This document shows positions 51,792 through 60,377 of a stretch of 64,000 bases of DNA, piece by piece. The DNA lies in contig CAWIXE010000001.1 in assembly GCA_963840035.1 (NCBI GenBank), positions 608,001-672,000 on the forward strand. Direction: 5' to 3'. The translations under genes and the position numbers were made by a program. The stretch comes from a candidate division FCPU426 bacterium (lineage in GTDB: Bacteria; Oederibacteriota; PGYV01; Palsa-1178). How positions within the stretch are numbered: position 1 is the first letter of the stretch; each line of letters opens with the position of its first letter. Under the pieces are notes generated by a model, which saw only the letters and a list, made by a program, of their open reading frames with translations, was not told the DNA's origin and did no database searches.

Positions 51792-52529
51792 ATGAAAAAA
51801 CTGATTGTACTATCTTTATTGTTACTCATGCCTGTTATCGCTTTTTGCGGCTTTATAAAGGGCGGGCAGGAAGAGACTGCGAGAAAACTGGCAGACAAGG
51901 ACGAAACACCGGTTGTTTTCTTTGACCCGGGCACGGGGGACGCGAAAGGTTACATAATGTACGCGGACATAAACGGCGACGGGAATCAGGAAAAGATCAT
52001 ACCATACAGGATAAGGAAACCCATAGAGCGCATAGAAGCCACGGCAGACATTTATCCGCAGATCCTCTCGGTGGATGTGGTGACAGGGGACAAGAAATTT
52101 AAGGGCTTTTTCGAAGTGGAGCTTGCCTATAACCACACCCCGAAAGTATACCTGGCTTCAAAAGCCATAAAAGAAGGGGAACTTCCGAAAGTATTCCTCA
52201 TGGTATCAGACGGCATAAAGAAAAAGGATTTAAAACTTACCCTCATGTATAACAGCTATGACAAGGCGGACAAGAAAAGGGAACAGAAGGTATTTGAAAC
52301 GGACAAGATGCCCTTTGAGCTCATACTATACCAGTTCGACAAATCAGAGCCGACCATAACGGAGTTTGACATAAACTACGAGCAGAACTACGGCAAGTTC
52401 TACATAAGGCCTTTGGACGGACCGGAAAAGACGGTAAGGGTCTCGGAAGGGGCCATGAAGAAGTTTGAGGAAGAACTGAAGAAGTATAGGAATGATATAT
52501 TTTTCGAGTATGACGAACCGGAAAAATAA
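51792..52529 (+). CDS. Secreted hypothetical protein (paralog A)
   Basis: Signal peptide; ADKDETPV, DINGDGNQE motif. Confidence 0.75.
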   Translation: MKKLIVLSLLLLMPVIAFCGFIKGGQEETARKLADKDETPVVFFDPGTGDAKGYIMYADINGDGNQEKIIPYRIRKPIERIEATADIYPQILSVDVVTGDKKFKGFFEVELAYNHTPKVYLASKAIKEGELPKVFLMVSDGIKKKDLKLTLMYNSYDKADKKREQKVFETDKMPFELILYQFDKSEPTITEFDINYEQNYGKFYIRPLDGPEKTVRVSEGAMKKFEEELKKYRNDIFFEYDEPEK

Positions 52530-52774
52530 AGGCCTCAGAAATCACCCTCTTGAGATGCGATTGCGACCAAAGGGAGCAAACATTAAATAAATATTTTTAC
52601 CTCTCATCTTGTCGCGCTATGCACGACATCCCTCTTTCTGAGACAAAGAGGGACGATTACTGGAGGCGGTTTGGCGTGGAGGCGGATGGGCGTTCGGGAT
52701 TGATATCCCTGTAGGGGCCGCCCCATGTGGCGGCCCGCAACGCATGGAAGTAGGTTAAATGAATGAAGGGGAAA

Positions 52775-53548
52775 ATGAAAACAAAAATTTCGTTTATTCT
52801 TTTTTTAGTTTTGACATTCCCGTTATTTATATATGCTATCAATCAAGATACTGACATGGCAATAGCTTTAAAATATGCGGACAAAGATGAAACGCCTGTT
52901 GGATATTATGATGTTGAAAAAGGATTTATGGGATATGCTTTAAAAGCAAACTTGGACGGCAAAGATGGAGATGAGTATATAATACCGTATACAAAAAAAT
53001 CACAAAAACCAAGCAAACACTCGAAAATCATTTACTCTCATTACAAAGAATATTGTTTAACCACAGTATGCCTTATTGTTAGGGGCAAAAGGAAAGAGAT
53101 ATATTCATTTACCGACCAAATCAACCCGATGAAATGTCCAAAAATATATATGACCGTAGAAGGCTTGATTAAAGAAAAATTGCCAGTGCTATTCATTACG
53201 GATAATTCTTGGGAAGGATCAAACGGCGTGACGAATATAGTTGGCATTTGTGCCGGATTATATGAAGATGTTTTTCCAGGGCAGGAAATAAAAGACAACA
53301 GCGTGTACCTGTATATCGAAAATATAGAATCCATGTTGATTCCATGGGAATATATATTCCATCAATTCGACAGCAAATCAGTGACTTATAATTCTTTTGT
53401 TAGAGATGGACCAAATATTTGTTTTGATGTGCGGGGATTGACTAAGGGAACAGTTGTTGGTCAAAAATCAATTGACAAGGAAAAGCTTGCTGAATTTCAA
53501 AAAATAGTTGACTATTATTACCATGGAAAAAATATTAGGAAGAAGTAG
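52775..53548 (+). CDS. Secreted hypothetical protein (paralog B)
   Basis: Signal peptide; ADKDETPV, NLDGKDGDEYIIPY, YIFHQFD shared with paralog A. Confidence 0.7.
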   Translation: MKTKISFILFLVLTFPLFIYAINQDTDMAIALKYADKDETPVGYYDVEKGFMGYALKANLDGKDGDEYIIPYTKKSQKPSKHSKIIYSHYKEYCLTTVCLIVRGKRKEIYSFTDQINPMKCPKIYMTVEGLIKEKLPVLFITDNSWEGSNGVTNIVGICAGLYEDVFPGQEIKDNSVYLYIENIESMLIPWEYIFHQFDSKSVTYNSFVRDGPNICFDVRGLTKGTVVGQKSIDKEKLAEFQKIVDYYYHGKNIRKK

Positions 53549-53790
53549 AGCCGCTGCTTGCTGCGGCTCAAGGAAGGATTTTGTAGTCGCAGGCCTGCGT
53601 TTCACCGGCCTGCGCCTAGATTAGGAATTGATATTCGCAAACCAATGACAGTCCACCCACCCGGCGCGCGCACCCCGATGAGGCGAAGGGGTGCGACTAC
53701 CAGGGATAAATATGTATTAAGGGTCAAAAACTAAAACCGGGCGAGCCACCGGCTCACCCCTACGAGAACAGGGCGGTTTGTTTTGTCTTC
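53545..53790. repeat. Mixed REP cluster with one BIME-type unit
   Basis: GTAGAGCC REP overlapping the stop codon, array unit at 53583-53700, GGGCGAGCCACCGGCTCACCCCTAC REP. Confidence 0.85.
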
Positions 53791-53856
53791 TTACAAAAAA
53801 CAAAAGCGGGCTTTTCAGCCCGCCCTTGTAATTATCTTAAAACTTCAAACTTAAAA

Positions 53857-54279
53857 CTATTTTTGCTCTGCCTTTATCTTATTTATATACGCCTCGTACG
53901 CTGTTTTGCCTTCGGCTTTCCAGTAGTCCTCGTAGTACTTCCAGTTCCTGTAATCGCCGTTGGGCGCCCAGTCGTCGTGGGACCAGTTACCGCGCCATTT
54001 CCAGTGTTTGCGCGCGTGATTGTGGTGCTTGCCCCAGTGGCCGCTTCCAAAGAGTATTTTTGCCAGCACCAGGATGCCTACAGCCTGCCAGAAGGTCAGT
54101 AACTTTAAACCAAAGAGCCCCGGCATGAGCCAGTTCCACAGCGACATTACAACCCAGCCGCCTCCGAAGATAAAGGCCGCTATACCCAGCGGTATGAAGA
54201 TTGCCATTGCTATGTACTTTACAAACCTTGGTACTTCCGAGAAGTGCCTTCCGTGATAATCCGTTTCGTTTTCATGCAT
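53857..54279 (-). CDS. Hypothetical membrane protein co-transcribed with ECF sigma
   Basis: VMSLWNWLMP.LFGL..LTFWQAVG.L.L.KILFG; overlaps the sigma stop. Confidence 0.75.
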   Translation of the reverse strand: MHENETDYHGRHFSEVPRFVKYIAMAIFIPLGIAAFIFGGGWVVMSLWNWLMPGLFGLKLLTFWQAVGILVLAKILFGSGHWGKHHNHARKHWKWRGNWSHDDWAPNGDYRNWKYYEDYWKAEGKTAYEAYINKIKAEQK

Positions 54280-54817
54280 GACTTATCCCTCCTTTTAAGA
54301 GAATGTTTTTTATTTTTTCCACGGCGCGCGCTTTGCGTGAGAGCAGCGTGCCTATGGGTTCGTCCCACTCTTCCACGAGTTCCCTGAAAGATATGTCCTC
54401 AAATTCTGTGGCAATGACAACTTCACGTTCTTCCTCGCTTAAGGTCCCCATGGCGTAGTGAAAGGCTGCCATGAACTCCTTGCTTTCAAGCCCGCCGTCA
54501 GCTGTTTCTTTTGACCGCAATACTGCCAGCAGGGAAAGGCCGTTGTCCTGCGATACCTCGTCAAGCGAGAGGTCGTCCTTTCTTTTCCTCATCATATCCA
54601 CTATCCTGTTCCTTATAGCCGTATATATATAGGAGGAGAGTTTCTCAAGGGGGATGTTAAGGTCAGCTGATTCATACAGCCTTAACATCACATCCTGAAC
54701 GATATCCTCGGCGTCCCGGGATGAACCGTCGACAAGTTTCTGCCTTACGAAGTTAACCATCCTCTTATATTCCCTGGTAAAAAAGCCGGCTATGCCGGTC
54801 TTTACTGCCTTTTCCAT
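54272..54817 (-). CDS. ECF sigma-70 factor
   Basis: DAEDIVQDV region 2; region 4 SFREL...PIGTLLSRKARA. Confidence 0.92.
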   Translation of the reverse strand: MEKAVKTGIAGFFTREYKRMVNFVRQKLVDGSSRDAEDIVQDVMLRLYESADLNIPLEKLSSYIYTAIRNRIVDMMRKRKDDLSLDEVSQDNGLSLLAVLRSKETADGGLESKEFMAAFHYAMGTLSEEEREVVIATEFEDISFRELVEEWDEPIGTLLSRKARAVEKIKNILLKGGISHA

Positions 54818-55116
54818 GGTGCTCCTTGTTTAAGAGTAATAAAGAATGGTTGCGATTATGAGGCTTATGTACTTTTTAGTATCTGTTTTTTTTCTCTTGG
54901 TTATTGCCTGTTTGCGCCGTTTATTTGCTTTCATACAGTTATAGACGTTATAGTTCTGGTTTTATTGCAATTGATTTAATGAATTTTGTCAAAAAATTGC
55001 AGGCGTTTAAATCAAGGTCTAAATCCGGGCGAGCCACCGGCTCGCCCCTACGAGAACAGGGCGGTTTGTATTGTCTTCGTAGGGGCGAGCCGGTGGCTCG
55101 CCCGGTATTTGTTTTC

Positions 55117-56424
55117 GTAGTCGCAGGCCTTCGGTTCACCGGCCTGCGTCTAGTTACGGCATTGATAGACGCAAACCGACGACAGTCCACCCACCCGGCG
55201 CGCGCACCCCGATGAAGCGAAGGGGTGCGACTACCATCGTTAAACAGTCTGAGTTGGTATTTGTAGTCGCAGGCCTTCGGTTCACCGGCCTGCGCCTACA
55301 TGAGGTATTGATAGACGCAAACCGACGACAGTCCACCCACCCGGCGCGCGCACCCCGATGAAGCGAAGGGGTGCGACTACCATCGTTAAACAGTCTGAGT
55401 TGGTATTTGTAGTCGCAGGCCTTCGGTTCACCGGCCTGCGTCTAGTTACGGCATTGATAGACGCAAACCGACGGACAGTCCACCCACCCGGCGCGCGCAC
55501 CCCGATGAAGCGAAGGGGTGCGACTACCATCGTTAAACAGTCTGAGTTGGTATTTGTAGTCGCAGGCCTTCGGTTCACCGGCCTGCGTCTAGTTACGGCA
55601 TTGATAGACGCAAACCGACGACAGTCCACCCACCCGGCGCGCGCACCCCGATGAAGCGAAGGGGTGCGACTACCATCGTTAAACAGTCTGAGTTGGTATT
55701 TGTAGTCGCAGGCCTTCGATCCACCGGCCTGCGCCTACATGAGGTATTGATAGACGCAAACCGACGACAGTCCACCCACCCGGCGCGCGCACCCCGATGA
55801 AGCGAAGGGGTGCGACTACCATCGTTAAACAGTCTGAGTTGGTATTTGTAGTCGCAGGCCTTCGATCCACCGGCCTGCGTCTAGTTACGGCATTGATAGA
55901 CGCAAACCGACGACAGTCCACCCACCCGGCGCGCGCACCCCGATGAAGCGAAGGGGTGCGACTACCATCGTTAAACAGTCTGAGTTGGTATTTGTAGTCG
56001 CAGGCCTTCGGTTCACCGGCCTGCGTCTAGTTACGGCATTGATAGACGCAAACCGACGACAGTCCACCCACCCGGCGCGCGCACCCCGATGAAGCGAAGG
56101 GGTGCGACTACCATCGTTAAACAGTCTGAGTTGGTATTTGTAGTCGCAGGCCTTCGATCCACCGGCCTGCGCCTACATGAGGTATTGATAGACGCAAACC
56201 GACGACAGTTCCCCCACCCGGCGTGTGCACCCCGATGAAGCGAAGGGGTGCGACTACCATCGTTAAACAGTCTGAGTTGGTATTTGTAGTCGCAGGCCTT
56301 CGGTTCACCGGCCTGCGTCTAGTTACGGCATTGATAGACGCAAACCGACGACAGTCCACCCACCCGGCGCGCGCACCCCGATGAAGCGAAGGGGTGCGAC
56401 TACCATCGTTTAACAGTCTGAGTT
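55117..56424. repeat. Tandem array of 9 x 146-bp REP-doublet (BIME-like) units
   Basis: Units start at 55117, 55263, 55409, 55556, 55702, 55848, 55994, 56140, 56286; each has two inverted GTAG-palindromes. Confidence 0.95.
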
Positions 56425-56463
56425 CTACGGTGTTATTAGTAATTGGTAATTCGTAATTAGTAA

Positions 56464-57078
56464 TTAAAACAGCTCCGTTTTCAGATCCTCTAAAAACTTC
56501 CCCGTGAACTTTTTGTTCTTATACTTCTCCACCACCCACGTGCTCCACATATCCGCGTAGTGTATTAATAAGGTGAGGGGATAGGGGTCGCTTTTGATGT
56601 CGTCCCAGGCAGGGACAAAGGGGCCGTCGTGGTAGGCGATCGCCTGGAGCTCGTCCTGAGTTAAATCAACGAATTTGGATACCAACAATGCTGATTTATG
56701 GCCTCCGCCGTAGCCTAACTGTTTTGTGTTCCAGAAGTAGGGCTGTTTGTCGGAAGTGGAGGTGTTATTTTTATCATATGTGCTGTTGCCGAAGCCGTCC
56801 GTTACCTTGTGGGCGTCGTGGAAGAGGGCGCACAGGATGATGGATTCCTCGCTTTTATCGGGCATTAACTGCTCCCTTAATTTAAGCGCCAGTTTTGCCA
56901 CGCCTACCTGGTGGATGATAAGCCCGCCTTCTATGCACAGGTGGTATTTGGTGGATGCAGGGGCCTTAAAAAGGCCGTGTTTTTCGAGGTAGGCTGAGAG
57001 CTCTTTTACGCCTTTACGGGCTGAGATTTTTGATAGAAGTTCGGCATAGTCTGTTTTTGCTTTTTCAAGGTCTGTCAT
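56464..57078 (-). CDS. HD-domain phosphohydrolase (YhaM/phage-type)
   Basis: APASTKYH..GGL..H, LFHD, YHDG, HYADM; GGAGG RBS. Confidence 0.88.
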   Translation of the reverse strand: MTDLEKAKTDYAELLSKISARKGVKELSAYLEKHGLFKAPASTKYHLCIEGGLIIHQVGVAKLALKLREQLMPDKSEESIILCALFHDAHKVTDGFGNSTYDKNNTSTSDKQPYFWNTKQLGYGGGHKSALLVSKFVDLTQDELQAIAYHDGPFVPAWDDIKSDPYPLTLLIHYADMWSTWVVEKYKNKKFTGKFLEDLKTELF

Positions 57079-57144
57079 GTGGGTCCCTCCTGTTTTTATC
57101 GGTGATGGGTTAATAATACACGAAAGGGGGAGGGGTGTCAAAAG

Positions 57145-57468
57145 TAAAAGGCGTTCGGAGGGTGGAGGGTGGGGTTCGAAGTTCGAACTAAAACTTTGAA
57201 CGCCCTATCATCCCCCAGATAGGAGGGTGGGGTTCGAAGTTCGAACTAAAACTTCGAACGCCCTATCATCCCCCAGGTAGGAGGGTGGGGTTCGAAGTTC
57301 GAACTAAAACTTTGAACGCCCTATCATCCCCCAGGTAGGAGGGTGGGGTTCGAAGTTCGAACTAAAACTTTGAACGCCCTATCATCCCCCAGATAGGAGG
57401 GTGGGGTTCGAAGTTCGAACTAAAACTTCGAACGCCATATCATCCCTCCACCCTCCGAACGCCTTTTA
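57145..57468. repeat. 5 x 58-bp tandem array inside 25-bp terminal inverted repeats
   Basis: Units at 57164, 57222, 57280, 57338, 57396; IR TAAAAGGCGTTCGGAGGGTGGAGGG at 57145-57169 and 57444-57468. Confidence 0.92.
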
Positions 57469-57708
57469 TTGTTATCTACCTGCCAATACCTTTATCAAGA
57501 AAAATAGTGTAAGGTCTACCTAACATAGTGAATACCACTAACCACAAGGGGTTTGAGCCCTTGTGGTGGTGGTTTTGAATTATAGCCTTATAAATAAGGG
57601 GTAAATCAGCCTGTTAGCATATATATAAAAAGGGATGGTTAATCTAACACTTTAACAAAGCTTATATAGTCAAAAACTACCATAAATTAAGGGCTTTCGG
57701 ATGAAAAA

Positions 57709-57877
57709 GCACAATATATAGCGTAAACAAAGGGTTTAATGCAACTAAACATACTATATATATGAAAAAATATCCGTTGACAATATTGGCTGCATACCAT
57801 ATATTGTGGACAAGCGGAAAAAAAATACTACATATACGGTTTTTAATCTTGACTTTTCTAAAAAACTCGACTAAAAT
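57709..57877 (+). promoter_or_regulatory. nrdD promoters with NrdR boxes
   Basis: Boxes GCACAATATATAGCGT (57709), ATACCATATATTGTGG (57794), ATACTACATATACGGT (57825, 31 bp later); TTGACA-17-TATATT and TTGACT-17-TAAAAT. Confidence 0.75.
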
Positions 57878-57910
57878 GCGCCGCATAAAAAATTAAGGAG
57901 GAGTGAGGGA

Positions 57911-59953
57911 ATGAACAAAGTTGGCTATATCAGGAAGCGCGACGGCCGCATTGACGCATTTGACTTAAACAAAATAACAGAGGCTATTTTCAAGGCATTC
58001 AAGGCAAACAATAACTATGAGAAAGACAAGGCTGACAAGATATCCGAGCAGGTATCCTCCATCCTAAACGTAATCTATAAGGATGGCAAAGTGCCTTCCG
58101 TAGAAAACGTCCAGGACCTCGTAGAAACCACCCTCATTAACAACGGTCTGACTAACATCGCGAAATCATACATCCTATACCGTGACCAGCACGCAAAGAT
58201 GAGGGACGTAAAAAACCTCCTTAATGATTCCACCACCTTAATCGACGATTATATAAGGATGATAGACTGGCGCATAAAAGAAAATTCAAACATGTCTTAC
58301 TCGCTCCAGGGTTTAAACAACCACGTATCGTCGATTGTCACATCCATGTACTGGCTTAATAAGATCTACACGCCTGAAGTCAAGCAGGCGCACACTGACG
58401 GTTCGCTGCACCTTCATGACCTCGGGCTGCTTTCCGTTTACTGCTGCGGCTGGGACTTAAAGGACCTTTTATTCCGCGGCTTCGGAGGCGTGGAAGGGAA
58501 GATAGAATCAGCGCCGCCCGCGCATTTTGAGTCCGCGCTCGGCCAGATAGTGAATTTCTTTTACACGCTCCAGGGAGAGGCAGCCGGAGCGCAGGCGTTC
58601 GCGAACTTTGACACGCTGCTCGCGCCGTTTATCCGCTACAACCAGCTTCCCTTTGAGGACGTAAAACGCGCCATGAGGCGTTTCATATTTAACATGAACA
58701 TCCCGACCAGGGTAGGATTCCAGACTCCTTTTACCAACATCACCATGGACCTTACAGTCCCGGCAAACATGAAGGACGAAGCCGTTATAATCGGCGGCGA
58801 GATACAGGACTCCACATACGGCGAATACCAGGAAGAAATGTACCTGATAAACCGCGCCTTTGCCGAAGTCATGCTTGAAGGCGACGCCAAGGGAAGGATT
58901 TTCACCTTCCCGATACCCACATACAACATCACAAAAGATTTTGACTGGGACAATAAAGAAATGGAACCGGTATGGGAAATGACCGCAAAGTACGGCATAC
59001 CGTATTTCGCGAACTTTGTTAATTCCGACATGAAGCCTGAGGACGCGCGCTCTATGTGCTGCAGGCTCCGTCTTGACAACAGGGAACTGCGCAAACGCGG
59101 CGGCGGGCTTTTCGGATCGAACCCTCTTACAGGCTCCATAGGAGTGGTCACCATAAACATGCCGAGGCTCGGATTTAAACATAAGGGAAATAAAGAAGCT
59201 TTTTACGCGGAGCTGACATATCTGATGGACATCGCGAAAGAATCGCTTGAGATAAAAAGAAAAATGCTTGAAAAACTCACGGATCAGGGACTTTACCCGT
59301 ACTCCAAGCACTACCTCGGAGGAATCAGGGAAAGGGAAGGCGTGTACTGGAAGAATCATTTCTCCACCGTGGGCCTGATCGGAATGAATGAAGCATGCAT
59401 TAATTATATGGATAAGGACATAACCACGGAAGACGGCACTGCTTTTACAAAAGAAGTGCTCGACTTCATGAGGAACCGCCTCATAGATTATCAGAACGAG
59501 ACAGGAGACCTGTACAACCTCGAAGCCACGCCCGGCGAAGGCACTTCATACAGGCTGGCCAAGATTGACAAGGAAAAATATCCGGAGATAAAGGCCATGG
59601 GCGCCAAGACCCCGTACTACACGAACTCCACACAGCTGCCCGTGTACCACACGCGCGACGTATTCCGCGCGCTCGAGCACCAGGACCCGCTCCAGACAAG
59701 GTATACAGGAGGCACGGTATTCCACATATTCCTGGGCGAGAGGCTTACATCCATTGAAGCCACAAAGAACCTTGTCAGGGGAGTATCGGAAAGGTTCCAC
59801 CTGCCGTATTATTCCATCACGCCGACATTCTCGGTGTGCCCGGTGCACGGCTACATAGCGGGAGAGCATTTTGACTGCCCAGTGTGCAGGACCGACAAGG
59901 AAGAGGAACTGAAAAAAGAGATAGAAAAGATAGAAGCGCAGCTGACCTGCTAA
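57911..59953 (+). CDS. nrdD: Class III anaerobic ribonucleotide reductase large chain, lacking the glycyl-radical domain
   Basis: ATP cone (KRDGR), HLHDL, SMCCRL, EATPGEG, YTNS, YTGGT, CPVHG..CPVC; no RIVGY. Confidence 0.95.
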   Translation: MNKVGYIRKRDGRIDAFDLNKITEAIFKAFKANNNYEKDKADKISEQVSSILNVIYKDGKVPSVENVQDLVETTLINNGLTNIAKSYILYRDQHAKMRDVKNLLNDSTTLIDDYIRMIDWRIKENSNMSYSLQGLNNHVSSIVTSMYWLNKIYTPEVKQAHTDGSLHLHDLGLLSVYCCGWDLKDLLFRGFGGVEGKIESAPPAHFESALGQIVNFFYTLQGEAAGAQAFANFDTLLAPFIRYNQLPFEDVKRAMRRFIFNMNIPTRVGFQTPFTNITMDLTVPANMKDEAVIIGGEIQDSTYGEYQEEMYLINRAFAEVMLEGDAKGRIFTFPIPTYNITKDFDWDNKEMEPVWEMTAKYGIPYFANFVNSDMKPEDARSMCCRLRLDNRELRKRGGGLFGSNPLTGSIGVVTINMPRLGFKHKGNKEAFYAELTYLMDIAKESLEIKRKMLEKLTDQGLYPYSKHYLGGIREREGVYWKNHFSTVGLIGMNEACINYMDKDITTEDGTAFTKEVLDFMRNRLIDYQNETGDLYNLEATPGEGTSYRLAKIDKEKYPEIKAMGAKTPYYTNSTQLPVYHTRDVFRALEHQDPLQTRYTGGTVFHIFLGERLTSIEATKNLVRGVSERFHLPYYSITPTFSVCPVHGYIAGEHFDCPVCRTDKEEELKKEIEKIEAQLTC

Positions 59954-60026
59954 AGAGCGGCAAATAATCGGCCAAAGCCGATAAAAGATAAAATTAAAAA
60001 ATCATATTTTTACGAGGAGGCAAAAG

Positions 60027-60242
60027 ATGGCGGAAAGATCAGAACTTATGATGAAGCTCGAGGAATTAAAGGGCGAGCTGGCAGGAGTCAAAGGAACGGA
60101 ATGCGAAGTGTACTCGAGGATAGTGGGTTACTTCAGGCCGGTCAAGCAGTGGAACAACGGCAAGCAGGAAGAGTACGCCGACAGGGTAACATTCGAAGCA
60201 AAAGTACCGGAAGAAGCAACTGCAGCTGTCAGGATACAGTAA
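60027..60242 (+). CDS. Stand-alone NrdD C-terminal glycyl-radical domain
   Basis: CEVYSRIVGYFRPVKQWNNGKQEEYADR; own GAGGAGG RBS at 60014. Confidence 0.92.
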   Translation: MAERSELMMKLEELKGELAGVKGTECEVYSRIVGYFRPVKQWNNGKQEEYADRVTFEAKVPEEATAAVRIQ

Positions 60243-60377
60243 TATATAAGATATGCGATAGACGATATTAGATATAAGGCGCAAAGCTTTATAATGTATC
60301 GTATATCGCATATTGTATTTTTTAAGGTTTATATCTAATTTCCAATATCACATATCAAATATAACAGGGGCTAAAAA

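Noticed and set aside
55150..55235. c-di-GMP-I riboswitch or hammerhead in the repeat unit (GACGCAAACC, CGATGA..CGAA)
   Set aside because: Lacks the GEMM P1/GNRA-receptor architecture and the CUGAUGA/GAAA core; REP palindromes explain it.
54904..56359. Repeated short ORFs (MDCRRFASIN...)
   Set aside because: Translations of the repeat unit, with no RBS or protein-like features.
55117..56424. CRISPR array
   Set aside because: Units are near-identical over their whole length, with no unique spacers and no cas genes.
57164..57445. CRISPR array (58-bp period next to an HD gene resembling the Cas3 HD domain)
   Set aside because: No variable spacers, only single-base variants; no other cas genes.
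58508..59359. Long antisense ORFs (also 5389-6018, 22104-22991, 37674-38210)
   Set aside because: Shadows of well-supported genes on the opposite strand.
59954..60026. Frameshift error, intron or intein splitting nrdD
   Set aside because: Stops in both relevant frames, a dedicated RBS, and too short for a self-splicing element.
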